The notes beneath the pieces were generated by a model. The model ran no database searches and was not told the DNA's origin. It worked only from the letters and a program-made list of their open reading frames with translations. Of a DNA stretch of 64,000 nt, positions 25,771-40,684 are shown in pieces. Source of the stretch: Glaucostegus cemiculus (lineage: Eukaryota); contig CDPCPM010000013.1 in assembly GCA_976551045.1 (NCBI GenBank), positions 16,802,001 through 16,866,000 of the forward strand, read 5' to 3'. Each line of letters begins with the position of its first letter. Position 1 is the stretch's first letter. The translations under genes were made by a program, and so were the position numbers.

Positions 25771-25779
25771 ACTAACTTA

Positions 25780-26125
25780 ACACCAATTTCCTGCAATTAT
25801 CTCATTTCCCTTGATTCCCTTAATAGCGACAAAATTTAAGAATCTCTGTATTGTATGTTCTCAGTAACTAAGTCTCCACTGCCTTTTTGGTAGAGAATTC
25901 CAAATATTCACCACCCTCCAAGTCAACTGTCTTTTTTCCTCATCAATACCCTGAATGCTGATTCATTATTTTGAGGTTGTGACCATAGAAGAAGGAGAGG
26001 TATTCTTGAGATCTGTCTAGGGGGAAATATCATCCCTGCATCTACATTGACAAGTTCCATAAGAATTTTGTACGTTTCAACAAGAATAGGTCTCTTTCGT
26101 CTAAACTCGAGAGAACATAGTTTAA
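25780..26125 (-). mobile_element. Old CR1 3' fragment
   Basis: ggtagagaattccaaatattcaccaccctc...ataagaattttgtacgtttcaacaaga...tctaaactc (antisense to SLEFRR...ETYKIL). Confidence 0.75.
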
Positions 26126-29100
26126 CCTTCCATACAAAAATATAATTATGTTCTCCCAAATTCCTTATAATGGCATTTTTTTTCACGCCCAGTGGAACTC
26201 TTCTGGGAATGAGGAAAGGAAAACAAATTCCTTTTTTTCTTGGACATGGAGAATGTCTGTATTCCACTGACGGTTGCAGACCTTGTTTTTTTTTTTAAGG
26301 ATAAGCTACAGATTGCATAAGTTCAAGCAGCATTTCAAATATACTTGATCCATTTATCTATCAACCGTTCATATTAAAATAGATGTTGTAAAGTTTAAAT
26401 ATGCAACCAGATCAAATATGTACTGCACTAGAGATTTCCATGAATGTGAAAGCATGCATAAATGTGTCCTTGCATGGAGCCACACACTAAATTTATTCAA
26501 TCTGCTGTCCTTCCACTCTTTTATATTCTACCATACACAAAGACCATGTGTTTCACATCCCAAAATAGGTCTTAAGTCCATTCCCCTGTGATCTCCTGGC
26601 TTTGCAAAGCCTAATAAGATGCTAATTGGAGATGAGGAGAGGGGGAAGACTAGGAGAAGATGGGGAGTAGACTGCAGAGCTGGGACCCAAAGTCAAGGGA
26701 AGTAGGTTGCATACAAGATCCAGAGAAAGGTAAATGATCTGGGTGGGGCTGGGAACCAGGAAATGTTTGGAGGGTCAGGGAGATGATAAGCAGTGGATTA
26801 TCAACAAGGGGAAGCAATTATAAGTGATAAAATATTGAAGGAGGAACCTATTTAGTAACATCTGGGTGCCGATGGGGTCCCTGGCAGCAAACCAGGCAAG
26901 ATCAGGCTGTTTAACTAACTCATTTGCAGACCTCAACTCTCCCTTTGAAGCTTTCTTCATTGTTAAGGCCCACACTTTGCACAGGCCTCAAAGGCAATGG
27001 AAGAATTTTGCCAATGGAGAACTGTAGGCCATTTGATGTCACCACATTTGCCCAGCTGCCTCTGTGTACATGTGTGCAAAGCACAGTGGAATTCTAGAAG
27101 TGCACTACAGATACACAAAATGTCTCATTTGATTCAGCCACTGAGATTTTGGTAAAATTCTATTCACAGCATATAAAAACATATTTCAAAGCTTTCATGT
27201 GAACTGACTGAAGTATCACATGAAGATTGTTGTCATGCCGAGTACATAAGTATCTGTTTTGTCTGTCTTCCTTCTCCCCAGTTTAGAAGTTGTTTTCTCC
27301 AATGTAGAAGGAGAACAATCTTCATGTGGTTCTGAGTATTAACTTGGATTGAGAGTAATAACATATCATTGCCTCAGTCACAGAGAATCTTGTTTGTGAC
27401 TTTAGGTATGACCATTTTGCTGCTGTGGTAAAGGCAAAACAACTTGATAAGAGGCTATGGAGAAAAATGAGCATGTTTCAGAAAGTGAAAATGTGTTCAC
27501 GGATAATAAATGGATGACTCAAGGATGGGTTATTCTGTGCAGGGTGTGTTTTCAGGGTGATTTGACACAAGGGTCAGCGAACCATTTTGAAAAGTCAGCA
27601 GGGAGGGGAAGATGAGTATCAAACCATTTTTTTGAGCTAGATGGTTTAAGCAAGAACGAAACAGGAAACATGGGGTTGACAGGAAATTTGAAAAGGGTAT
27701 GGATATAGATGAAGTGAAACAGCAGAGAAATGTGCGGTTGCCATTTTATTAGAAAAGAACATGGTTTAAATTTAGTTTCCTGGTTTTATGCAGATAGCAA
27801 AAAAAAGGCCACAATAAAAGCTATTTTCCTTTGTTTTCACTAGTCAGCATTCTAAAGCTCACATTTCCATTAATGACATTCACAACCTGATGTCTCACCT
27901 TCAGACAGTTCAATCTTCATTGTGTTACTGGTCATCAATCTAGTTTTGATTTAATTGATTTACTATTGGCAGCTACAATTACCAACAAAAAAATGCTGCC
28001 TGTGAAAAATTAATTCCAGTTGAGATGAAAATTAATTATCCATTTTAAGAGTTGAGAATTATTTAATATTTTGTATCTGTAAAACAAGAGGATAGCTTCA
28101 CAGAGACTGCATGCTCTGAGCACATAAGTATTTGTTGCAGCATGGAAGTTAAAAATGGTAGGAAGATAAATAACTGGAAAGAAACATGCGACATCTCAGC
28201 CTATAGCTCAATACAGATACTGTGCACTACTTCCATGTCAGGCGTGGTAGTAGTGCTCTGAAATGTATATCAGATCATTAACTCTAACACCAGAGGACAC
28301 AAAAAGAAACAGACCCAAAGACAGGAAAACTGACTGATACAAAATGAAAAGTCTTTGATAAACAGCAACAATATCAAAGAGTATATCTTACAGCATGATC
28401 TAAATGTGATGAAAGTCACATTAGCAGAGAGCAAGGTTAGATTCTGTATTGCTCTTTTCCTTTGAGCTCTGTGCAATTCAATATTAATGCAACCTACAGT
28501 AACTTGAGCTAGCAACTAATTCTGGGGAATGTGAGCCAATTGCAAGTCTTCACTTTCAGTCAGGATGAACACTACTGGATCTGATGTTCTTTCAACATCA
28601 GATTCTCACCAAATAGTGTTAATCATCATGAAACGCATGCTTGAAGCCCTTCTGATGTAAATTGGAGCTCCCAGGTACAGAAGCATGACATTTTACAAGC
28701 CAGCTCCACTTCTCACTGAAAACTCAAACCCCAAAGTGCTCAGATTGTGCTCAAACTAGAAGAGTACTTTACTGGGAATTTAACTACCAAGGAACTCATT
28801 TAATAGGTCCCTATGATTCCTCCATTTGTTAGGAAGAGATCCCTTTCCTCTAATCTTGTGAGGGAGGTCTTGCTCCTATTCCTGGTAATTTCTGCCTCAG
28901 TGGAGGATACAACACAAGTTTATAGGCTTGGGCCGTGTGTGTGTGCATGTGTGCCTGTGCGTACACGTGTTTGTTGAAAAGCAGTACTTATAACGATGTA
29001 GAGTATATTCCTTGACACTTCTAGTGATTTATTATATTTTTCTAGCACTTGCTCCCCTGCTCCCACTGCACATGTATTTTCCCTTCTGGCATATATCCCC

Positions 29101-29554
29101 TTCACCAGCTCTTCATTGTCTCAGTGTCATGGAGAATCTCGGTGCTCTCTGCGTGCCTCCAACAGCCTTTCTTTGACTTCTCCATGACAACCATAATGTG
29201 TGTTGCTGCTGTCTGGCTGCCATGCGAGTGTGTCTGGTGCCCTTCTTCAGCTGCTGCACACTAAAGTGGTGGCAGCTGTGATAAAATGAAAGTGCTTCTG
29301 TTAAGACCCATGCAGGTCACAATTTAACACACTTTTGCGGCTGGAAACTGCACTAAGACCTTTGCTGCCAATTTCATAAACATGTTGGTGGGGACCAATA
29401 CGGGGCTACGGTCACACACAATTAGTACTAACACATGAAAGATGGTGAATTTCAATTTCTGGTCAAAGATGTGCAAGATCGAAGGAACACACATGAAGAA
29501 TCTACGAATGTGGGGAAATATATACAAGGCAGGCTTTTGGGGGCTTTTGTTCAT

Positions 29555-29945
29555 GGGGAGAGATTAAGCAGGTTGGATTTGTAAGCAACAGACTTTAGAA
29601 AAATTAACAAATGATTTCTTTGAAATATATTCTGGGCTTGATAAAGTAGACATTTACTCTGGCTGGGACATCTAAAATCAGACGTCACAATCTCAAAAAA
29701 AAAGTCAGCCATTCAATTTCTTCTTCTAGAGGGCAATGAATCTTTGGATATCTATACCTAAGAGGGGTGTGTAAGTTCAGTCACTGAGTACATTCAAGGC
29801 AGTGATCATGAGATGCTTGGATGTTAAGGAAACCAAGGAATATGGAGTTACTGTAGGAAAGTGGTGCTAAGGTAAAGGGTCAGCCATGATTTTATTGAAT
29901 ACAGGAGCAGATGCAAGCTATCAAATGATCTACTTCTGCTTCTCA
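29555..29945 (+). mobile_element. Old CR1 3' fragment
   Basis: gagagattaagcaggttgg...gagggcaatgaatctttgga...ggtcagccatgattttattgaat...tacttctgct. Confidence 0.7.
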
Positions 29946-30239
29946 ACTATTCAGTACAATTTGTAATAACCCATAATTCTATATTAAAAGCCTTACAATA
30001 GCTCACTCAAATCAGGAAAGTGAAAGACGACTTCATAAAGCAAGAAACTTCTATGGTATCAAGATATTATTTTATCTGAAAAGGGTCATGGGTGTTGAAG
30101 GTTGTGTGATCCCGTGTTTGTGTTTTAAGCTTGCCTTGCCTTGAAAGATCTGTCAATCTATCACAATTAATCATGGAAACAGGTAAGTGTATGCATTAAT
30201 TACTAACGATTAAAGGAGAGAGCAAGGCAGCACTCAGAC

Positions 30240-30540
30240 ACATAGGCCAAGCTGACGGCAGATTTGATCCCTGGTCTCTGCTGACAGATCAGAGTGAGAG
30301 CAGCATTGTTACAAAAGTTTCCTCAGTGTTGAGCTGAGCCAGCATTCCCCATTTCTGATCTCTACCCAATCCGGATGTGAATTGTGAATGAGGATAGGTC
30401 TACAGATAGCAGTAATTGTTCAAAGGTGTTATACTCCACTGATATTCACTGCCAAGTTCACATCTGAAGAACTGCCACTTGGATAAGACATTCAAACAAG
30501 GCTGGAAAGTACCCTTGAAAGTGGATACCATATTCAGTCT
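30240..30540 (+). mobile_element. Ancient SINE-like relic
   Basis: tttgatccctggtctctgctga...ttctgatctctaccca...cactgccaagttcacatctgaagaactgccacttgg resembles a very old gnathostome SINE family as I remember it; highly diverged. Confidence 0.4.
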
Positions 30541-31019
30541 GTGATTTAATCAGAACAGGGTGGTAATAATGAGAAGGTAGAAGAGGATATGTTAGTGGAG
30601 TAAGTACAAGATTACAATTCTAGATGTAGCCTGGAAAGTACAACACAATTACAGGACTCCACTGTTAACACTGGAGAGTAGTTGAAACTGAAAGGTTCAA
30701 GCTAGTATTTTTAAAATTCAAGTAGAATTTAAATATTTATCAATGACATTCATACATGTATCACATCCAATAAGATCCCGGGTTATAACTAACCTCTGCC
30801 CGTACTTTCCTAATGATCCATCATCATGACAAATATCTAGGAATCACAATCCATTTTTTCCATGCCATACAACAACAGGCATATTTTCTGCATAACATTC
30901 CACACATTGTTATTAAGAGTAGATGCAGAAATCAGTTATAGAGCTACTAAACATAAGGTACTTATCTCCAAAGTAAGCGGTAAATATAAATAGGTTTTGA
31001 GGAGGCTATTATATAAATG

Positions 31020-31418
31020 TTAGAATTTGGAGGCTATCTGGCTCTTATGGCCTTCTCTGCCAATTAATCAAGATCACTGTTGATCTTCTACTTCAGTACC
31101 ATTCTTCTGCACTATTTCCAGATCCCTTGATTTCCTTAACATCCAAAAATCTAGTGGTCCTTTTCTGAATGAAATTAATGACCAAGTCTCCATAACCCTT
31201 AAGTAGAGAACTCCAAAGATTCACCACCCTCTGCATGAAAAAAAAATCTCCTCATTTCAGTCCTGAAGGGCCTACCACCAAATGACTCCTTGGCCAGGAA
31301 AAACATCCTCCCAGGATCCACCCTGTAGAGGTCTGAAAGAATCTCACAAATTTCAAAGTGACCAACTATCATTCTTCTAATCTCGAGAGAAAATGGGCCT
31401 GGCCTGCTCAATCTCACT
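31020..31418 (-). mobile_element. Old CR1 3' fragment
   Basis: Minus-strand translation RLSRPGPFSLEIRRM...FEICEIL...RPFRTEMRRFFF, followed by an antisense tail. Confidence 0.75.
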
Positions 31419-33276
31419 GCTATTATTGAGTAACTAGGATGGCAACTTCCAGCAAGTGAACATACAGTATTAAATATGGAGATCAGCTTGTTACCCTGCC
31501 AAGGGAGAACTTTGCTGCAAAGGAATCAACATTCAAATCCCCACAGAGATGCAAGTTTGCTGCAGTTACCTGATGGATTAACAGAAAACACTCGAGAAGT
31601 TCAGTCTTGCTCCTGTAAGTGATAAATATGTTCTTTGAAGCATGATAAATTTTCATAATGGTTGAAGAACTCTGTGGCATGGAAAAATAACTTTTCCAAA
31701 TATTGGGTCTCAATCCCTTAGACCTTAGTTTTTATTGAAGACATTCTTCTTTCATTGTAATATTGAAGTAAATATTTATTCTAACTTCAACTTTTTTTTA
31801 AATCCCTGCCTCTTAATCTAATCTTTCTTTTCTTTTTTTTGCACTATTGCTGGCTTTATTTAATATAGAACTTCTGGATTCAGAACCTCTATACTTCATT
31901 AAGAAATTCATCCACAGTTCATAGGGCTAAATGCAAGTTTCAGAGGCAGAGTACAACTTGACAATGTTATGATATAACATGCTTAGCACTATCAACGAGG
32001 GCTGAGTTTATGGGCACTTCGAATTGATTGAGGAGTCATGCTGCTGCTTGTCCTGTTCACATGCTCCCAAGAGCCCAAGCAGACTGTTTCACTGCTTTGT
32101 TTCTCTGATAAACACAGCCAGGTGCAAGACCTAAGTGGAGTGGGCAAATGTAAGTATAATGAAAACCATCACTGTCTGATTACCTCATTCACAAAACTGA
32201 AGCCATAATGTGCAGTGTTGAGAGAAACTGTTGCTGACTGCGTTTAAAAGCTAGTTAAATTACAATGCTTCCCATTTACCATCCTGCAGTGAAGTCTTCA
32301 AACTCCATCAGTTACAGGCATTCAGTCCTTTCCTTTGAAATTACATTGAACCTACTGCAAGTACAAACTATGGTTGGAAGATATGATGCAAGTACACAAT
32401 AGTTTTTTTTTAAATTTGGCCCCACTTTTATGATCTACAAAATCTTCAATAGCACAGTAATAGAATATTAGTGTTGTTTGGACAGCTCCTAGTATCAGTA
32501 CATTCAAACCTAACCAGAGCATCACACTTGCTCCATTTCAACAAGTCCTTGAAACGAATAGCTATTGATTTACATTATGGATTATATGAAAACAGATAAC
32601 TGCTATCTTTATTGCACCTTACACCAATATTATTGGACTTTAAATTCTGCATTAATGCACTATTGAATTTTTAGTCCTTGCTCAAAACATTTTCAAAATC
32701 ATTGTAACTAATTCCATTTTAATTTCTCCAACGGTGTTAGGGCAAGTCTATTTTACCAAGCTTTACTGCATTATGAGTTGTCTGGACATACTGTTCCTAA
32801 GGGAGAGGCTGTTAACCAAGTTTGCTTTTGTATTTCAGGTATTAACTCCTCATTGTGACTCCCTTTTTGAAGATAATATTTTAGATTTTCTCTATTTTTA
32901 TGGTTCACAACAACATCAGTTAAAAAACAATGGTGAGATACATACTAAGCATCCTTTTTATATTTTGCTAGCAATTACAGGATGCTATGGTCCTTCACTA
33001 AGCTTGATATGATCATGGCAACTTACAAAAATCACACAAAGCACATATTAGATGCAAGGTTTTTGATAATGTTTAGAGCAAGGACGAAAAATTCATTAGC
33101 ATAATAAAGATAGAGATTTGCAATACCGACTGGGATATTTCAATTACTGGTACTACCAGGAACATGCAGATTGATTCTGTAGTCTACATTCCATTTTCTC
33201 CTTGTGGTACGTGCTACTGGGAATAAGCTCGACACAAGGAAAATTTCTTATTATGATTCCATTCTTAAACAGCTAA

Positions 33277-34262
33277 GGTGATTGGATGCAAAGGGTGGTG
33301 GTGGAAGGTTGCTTTTCTGATTGGAGGTCTGCAGGGATCAGTGGTAGATTCCTTGTTGACTGTGATACGTATTAACAACTTGGATGTGAATTTTGGAGGA
33401 ATAAGAAGTATGTTGGTGGATAACTTGAAAATTGGGTTGTGGATAGCAAGAAAGTCATCTAAGACTACAGCTGGACAAAGATCAGAAGGAAAGTTGGGTG
33501 GAGTGTGAGCAGAAGAAATTTAGTCCTGACAAGTGTAAAGACATAGATTTTGGGAAGTCACAGGTGGGAGGAAGCTAAGGAATATTTATGAACAGCGGGA
33601 CCTCGGAGTCAAGTTCATAGATCCCTGAATGTGGAAACATGGATAGATGGGGAGGTCAAGGCAGCAGATGGCATGCTTCCCTTCATAGGTCTGGACATGG
33701 AATATAAAGATTGGGATGTTGTGTTGCAACTTTACAAGACACTGATTAGACCACCCTAAGAGTACTGCGTGCAGTTCTGGTTGCCACATGATGCGAAGGA
33801 TGTGGTAGCACTGTAAAGACTACAAGGAGATTCACCAGGATGTTACCTGGATTGGAGGATTTTAGTTATGAGGAGAGATTGGATAGGCTGGGCTCATTTC
33901 CCCGGACCAAAGGAAGCTGAGGGGTGACCTGACAGACGTATACAAGAGACAGAGAAAGAATAGACAATTAGAATCATTTTCCCATGGCAGGGATTACTAA
34001 AAAAAAAGAGGGCATAGCTTGAAGTTGAAAGAAAGTTTTAAATGGGATTTGATAGGACCGTGAGAGGTTGACATGTGGAACTTGCTGTGGAAAGAGGTGG
34101 AGGAATCAGATGCATTCAGTACATTTAAGAGACATGAACAGGCAAGGAAAAGAAGGATATGGACCTAATGCAGGCAAATGGGATTAGTGTAGAGAGACAG
34201 AAAGGTCAGCATGGACGTGGTGGGCCGAAGGGCCTGTGTCTGTGCTGTGCAACTCTATGACT
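33277..34262 (+). mobile_element. Decayed CR1 3' kilobase
   Basis: QGS-like segment, actttacaagacactgattagacc...gagtactgcgtgcagttctgg (LYKTLIRP.LEYCVQFW) and tail gggccgaagggcctgtgtctgtgctgtgcaactctatgac. Confidence 0.88.
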
Positions 34263-35344
34263 TGATAACCATGGCCCAATTTCAAATGTCCAATCTCAGC
34301 AGCACTTGTTAAAATAGTAGAAAACTGGATTTTGTTTTCCATTTCATACTTTTTTAAAATGCATTGAAGTACCAGTTTTAGAGAAGACAGCGAAAGATCA
34401 GTTAGTTTTCCTGAAAGCACTGACATGAAGCACAAAGTGTTCCTCTACGAAATACTGCATAACCACACACTTCACAGCATGCTGCTAATTGGATAATAAT
34501 GAGGAAAATGTGCAAATCAACAATAATGGGATTATGCAGGAGGCAAAATCAAATGCTAAAATGGATACCAATGAACTAGGTAAACACATGCTTTGGGATA
34601 ATTTATCACCAGTACTTTATTGCTTTATGCAAGTTTATGGTTACTTTTCCAAAATGATTTCAAGTTACTGATTTTTGCAATTTCAAATAATCCTTTTTAA
34701 TCACAGGGAATTAAACTGAACAAAAGTGAGCATATTAATGTCTCACACACCCAAAATTCTGTTAATTACTTTTCACATCACTGTATTTTCACTTTGTACC
34801 TTAAGGTTGACTTCCATACAATCTTCTTTTGAAACAATGAAGTAAACATTAGCTCCCCCATTTCCAAGGTTCCTCTCCTCACCAACCCAACCCCATGGTG
34901 AATGCTGCTGCCATTACTTTCTTGACACCTATAATATTCTACTTCACCTGTGAATTCTCATGCTGAATGGCCATGAATTGGGTTAAACTACAATATAGTA
35001 ACAATGCAATTATATTTATTTAAATACTTTCATCTTAATGCTGTACATCTTCCCATATAACTTGAATTCTTTGTTGGGAATTAATACTGCAGGAACTGGA
35101 CATGTTACAGTCATTTCCAGAAGTGACAGTAAGAACTTTGATAATAAGCATTGGAGGTTATTCAGGTGCACGGGGGAATAGTGGCAAGCTCACATCTGTG
35201 TTGTGCTCCTAACTTAATGTGGCACATATATGTACATTTCTAATAAGGTCACCAATCTGACACAATAACCCAGTAAGATTTTCTTTGCTTTATTCTGCAG
35301 TAAGCCAGAGTTTGAACTGAGGACTTTTCTGTATGAATCATGTC

Positions 35345-35640
35345 AAGAACCTGAAGAGCTACTATAGAAATCCAGGATCTCCTAACTAAGGTTTACAAGA
35401 TTGCAAAGGGAAATAAACTGATATAGGAAAGTAATTTCCCTTTGTAAATATCAAAAAAAAAGAGAAGATAGATGGAATGTTTTGAATCAAATGGTTGTAG
35501 AAGGACTTATTAAAGAATGTTATGGTAAAAATGTAACTGAGAGATTTTTGATTTTATACAGTGAGAAGGCTTTGAGGAACATCATGAATAGGAACTAGTT
35601 TGTTGATACTAACGGTCTTTCTCAGCTCCCGGAAGTCCCT
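35345..35640 (+). mobile_element. Very old CR1 3' fragment
   Basis: aggatctcctaactaaggtttacaagattgcaaaggg (RGDLIEVYKI-like) followed by weak 3' UTR similarity. Confidence 0.45.
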
Positions 35641-35734
35641 GGAGAATTAAACAAATTGCCCCAAAAATATGGATGTGTATTTGGATGCATAGGTAACCTG
35701 TTCCCACTGCTGCTGCTGATATTATAATTCATTT

Positions 35735-36425
35735 TCTGGGATCTGGGTGGCACCGGCAAGGCCAGAATGTACCACCCTTCTTAATTGCCCTAGACCAGGT
35801 GGTAGATACCTACTTGAATCTCAGCAGTCTTTCTTATGAAGGATCTCCACAATGCTGTTGGGAATTTAAACCCAATGGCAGTGAAGGCCCAGTAATATAT
35901 TTCCAAGTCAGGATAGTGTGGAACATTCTGGTATGGGAACCTGCAGGTGATGGTGTGGCATGCATTTCTGCCTTCGTCTTCCTTGATGGTTGAGGTTGTG
36001 GTTTGTGGGGTCCTGTTAAGCTACCTTAGGAAATAACTGTGGTGCATTTCCCCTGCACCAGCACTTCAGCTCACCTGCACTGGTGATGGGGTAGTATGTT
36101 CACTCATGAACATATCGGATGGTGAACAGGGTGCCAGTCAAGCAGACTGCAAAGTCCTGGTGTCAAAATTCTTGAGAGCTGTTGAAGCTGCACTCATCCA
36201 AGCGAGTGTTCCATCATGACTTGTGCTCTGTGGATCATTGAAAGACAGTGGGGCACTTGTAGCAGGATAGCCAGTCTCTGACCTGCACTTGTACATACAT
36301 TTTGTATGGTAAGTTGTGTTTCTGCTCTCTGGCAACCCTCCAGATTTTGATGGTGGGGTCCCTAGATATGGCAATGGCTTTGAATGTTGAGGACGGGTGG
36401 TGAGATTCTCTGCTCTTGAAGAAAT
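35735..36425 (-). mobile_element. Ancient CR1/L2-group LINE 3' portion, same family as 1680-3165
   Basis: gggatctgggtggcaccggcaaggccag...taattgccctagaccaggtggt...cttgaatctcagcagtc is the reverse complement of the tail near 3070-3150. Confidence 0.65.
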
Positions 36426-39004
36426 AAAGGGGGAGGGGCAGCAGAAAGAAGTATTTTCCCCATGGACAAAGGTTTAGAAAGTTAACCATTCAAACTCTCC
36501 AAAAGACAGTGAGAGTAGGCAGATGGGGCAAACAAAACTAGAAACCACGTCCAAGGAACTGCTTGCAGTTCCACGAGAATATCAAGGCAGGTAAATGCCT
36601 TTTCAGTGCTACATCCCACAAACCACATCATCATCCACAGATTCAAAGCTCAATGGAGCACATGCCCTCATTCAACTATCAATAATTTCTGTCAATACCT
36701 GACACAGCTAAGTTTGTCTTGTCCTTATCCTCACCAGCATCAATCTCCAATTTGGAACAAATTTATCATCAGCTGTGCCCAAAAACATGAACCAAGGAAG
36801 AAAATTCTAAGGCTCTGCAGTCTCGAGGTCAGAATATATTAGAGATAAAAACACTAATTCAGTTCAATGTGCTTCAAATGTCCTGGTGCACAATTAAATC
36901 AATGCTTTTTCATTGAAAAGTAATTATTTCCTTTGAGTGATATCTGTGAGTTGACAGCTTAGCCAAGGTGCATCATCATAAATTAGTTGCCTCTCCAAAA
37001 GTTGCTGAAATCTTTCTATGTGTTGCAATTATTACTTAATACCTGCAGCAATCAGTTAAGGCCAGCACTATTTTCCTCATTCGGCTGTAATGACTTGAAT
37101 TCATAATCACGTCTGAAGCCAAACATTACTGGGTCTGCTAGAATTTTAAATCTGTAGAAGTGAGAACGCAGAAGCTCAAATGGGCACACAGCAGATTTTG
37201 GAGAAAAAAAGTTTTAAAAATTGTCTGTGTTACTTTAATATCACTAAACTACCAGCCTGCCCTATTGAATGCACATCTTTTACTAAGCCTACAGAGGGAA
37301 TTCAAGTCAACGGATAGCCTGTTAGTTACTACAGCATGTTATGGGATGATTTGCCAGATGCACCCCAGTTTTTCTACGAGAAAAATAGTTCTGTTTACCC
37401 ACTAAAGGTGCTTAAAATACACAACCTATATTGCTGGTCATTCTTCACTCTGAAGCAACATGCCTTCTTTACAATCCCCATCCACTACCTGCCAAAGACA
37501 TTCTCCAATCCCCACTCAGTAATAGCTGTCATGTTATCTAAGAACATTCTCATGTCATTCTCAGCTTAGCCACAGAATCTTTACTCCAAAGACATTTTCC
37601 ATTTGCTTACATCAAACCTGTTCTTTGTTTCTGAAACTCTCTTTGTTTTCTGATCAGCAGGACAAAATTTTCTCTGAAAACATTCTTTGGCATTTTTCCT
37701 GCAATTATCCTTCTTTGGAATTCATTTTCATTTTTTTCCCAATTTTTTTTCTCTTGTTCCATGTTTTCAATTAAGTTACCCCTCTCTCATATCCTAAGCT
37801 TGTTGCTGAATCTAAAGATTCTTGTCAAAGGCTTCAATTATTTTTAACTGACTGTCTTATTAGAAATTTATCACCTGCTGCGTAAGAATCTATTGAGATC
37901 AATTTAACCAACAAGATCCACATTCAGTTGCTGGTCATTGACAATAAACAAAATATGGGTGTATTAATGTCAATACTGGATATAAATCTTAAGATGCCTG
38001 TTATATATCAATAGTTAAGTACCCAAAAGGGACAATGATTTCTGCTCAAAAATACTTAGGCCTATAAATTCTGCCATGTGGAATGTCTGTGAGAGCCACG
38101 ATTGAACTGTTATTAGAAGCCCAATCAAGTGCTTGATATGCCGGTAAGGTAATTTGGAAATTTGTTCCAGAAACCTCCACGCATGAGATAACAGGCACAT
38201 GGAAATGAAAACAAATGTGTTACGCATGCTTTCTTGTCATTTGTGCAAAACTCTAGGCCCAAATGGTATGAGTCTAGTGAGCTGATGCATGCTTTCACAG
38301 GAGGTTGAAGCATGCCTTGCAATAAAGGGGGCCCAACTTTACCCCCTCTATTGCTGGAAAATCAGGAATATTAATTGTAATTCAGGTAGGTGCGTTAAGT
38401 GGTTTTCATAATGTTCCCTCCCATCCGACACCCCTCACAGTCACATCATCAGAACCACCTTGCTGACTGACTGGCCTTATCCTCCCCATACACAGCACGA
38501 CTGGCTGCCCATACAGTCTCTTACAGCCTTGCCCTTCCCCTGACCAGATCCTTTCAACTCCCTGCACCTTTCCCAGTCATGTTTCGACCTGACCTTGATC
38601 TTCTCAATACTTCAGCCACAATAACGATTCACAATTCACTTGATTTGTACCTACAGCTGCATAATGCTGGTATAAATCAAGTGGTGTAAAGGCCAAAATT
38701 TGCAAGACCTGTTCTAATGTATACAAGATCTCAGACATTTCTGTGCTGGAGCACCTCACACCAAACTGTTACAGACAATCTCTTTCCTACAGCCTTTAAT
38801 ATTCATTAATTTACCAATGGTGTATGAGCATACTAACTTCTGCACAAACCACTTGGATCAACTTTTGTTCAAACCTCATTAAAATAAAACCTCTTCCTCA
38901 TGCTGGAATTTCATTTAATGTTCAGGAACACCATTTTATAATCGTCAGGAAAAGAGCATTCCGAATTTGAGCTTATTTTGCACTGGAGCTACTAGAATAA
39001 GATG

Positions 39005-39460
39005 ACAGAACATAACAAGAGCAGATAAAGGCCTCAAGATCCTATAAGCCTTTTCCACCATTCAATAAGGTCATGGCTGGTCTGATCTTCCATGTTCCTA
39101 TCCTTTTCTCCCATCATTGAAAAATATGCCCAATATCCTCAACTGGCTCAGCCTCCACAATTCTCTGGGGTAGAGAATCACAAAGATTCTGAGAGAAGAA
39201 ATTCTTCTCCATTTCTGTATTAAACAAGTGACTGTTTATTCTGAAACACTGGCCTCTTGTTCTAGATGCATGTCACATGGTGATGCATCCTCAGAATGTG
39301 CTTTATCTAGCCCCCCTCAAAATCTTGTATGTTTCAATGAGATCACCTCTCATTCTTCTAAACTCTCATGAGTATGGGCCCAATCTCCCAGCTGCTCTTC
39401 ATGCTAACCCAGCAAACTTTCTCTGAAATGTCTCAATGCAAGTACATCCCTTAATTTAAA
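39005..39460 (-). mobile_element. Old CR1 3' fragment
   Basis: ccaccattcaataaggtcatggctggtctg...tctggggtagagaatc...ttgtatgtttcaatgagatcacctctcattcttctaaactc. Confidence 0.8.
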
Positions 39461-39599
39461 TTTTCTCACACAATCTTAGAATGAACTAATAAAATTAAAT
39501 AAACTCTGGCTCTATTGAGTGACTATGAACTATGGGAACCAACAATGCAGGTTCTCAACTGCTTCATTTAGGTAAAATGAATGACAAACATGCACAAAA

Positions 39600-40670
39600 A
39601 TAATAAACAGGAAAAGGTTCTGACACCATGGTCAAAACGTAGATTCTCAGAATACTTTTTAACAATGGGAAGATAGAAGGGTTTACGAAAGGTGTAGGGT
39701 CAAAATTGCTGGAAACTCTACACTAATGTCGGAATGGGTGAACGGGCAAGTGCTGAGGGGCGCCAACAATAGAGCAGAGGACAGACTGGACTATTATTAT
39801 GGTAGAGTGTAAAGAGATCATGGCAGAATTTGTGAGGATAATGAATTCAATCAACTGGTGGCCTGCAAATAAAAGGATGATAGAGAGCAATACTCAGTAG
39901 TAGAAGAATCCTGGATCAGTTTGATCTGATAATTAATGAAGCTCAGATTACTAATATGAACTCTGGAAACTTAAGGGTAGTCTGAATTTAACATACAAGG
40001 CAGGAACACCACTGTTCAAATAGTATACACTTTGACTTCAATGCAAAGTTAAATTAGCAAGGTGTAAAATCAGCATCTCCAACCAATTATGTTAATTAGC
40101 CAATCAGGAATTTAGGTTAAATTTAGTCTGAAAATGACAATGGCTTCAATGAGAATTGCAACAAAAGTGGGATGAGATAATCAGGGATGGAGGTGAACAG
40201 TGTCACGGAAGTGAAAATAAACTATTTTGGTGCCTGCTATCTTGAATCTTAATTCAATATTAGACAACACAGTAAGGTTAAGCAAAACAGAGTGATCAGC
40301 CAGAATTATCAGTGAGAGAACAAAATTAAATAGGTAGGGTGAAGAGTTTTGATTGGCAGCAATCTACCTGGCTTTTCTCTTGTTGATGTTAAATTGCAGC
40401 AAATTCTGCCTCATACACCACTAACAATAAACTGCTCAGCAGAGGCCGGAGGTACATAACCCTGGGTGTGCTTGTCTTCCACATATGTGGAGGTTGACTG
40501 CATTTCTAGGTGACAATACATGGAAGTGTTTAGAAGGGAATTCCAGAGTTCGGCTGCACAAAATAACTTTAGGTTTGACTGTCAAAAAGAGAGGGATTGC
40601 CAATGAGGAAAGTCATAAGTATGAACAGTTCAGTGGGATTATGGCCCTGAAGGAGCATTTAGAGTGGGGC
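39600..40670 (-). mobile_element. Very old L2-like LINE relic(s)
   Basis: ctgggtgtgcttgtcttccacatatgtggaggttgac is antisense to an FHMYADDTQL-like motif; tttagaagggaattccagag resembles an antisense L2 3' region. Confidence 0.45.
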
Positions 40671-40684
40671 ACCTGCGGCAGATT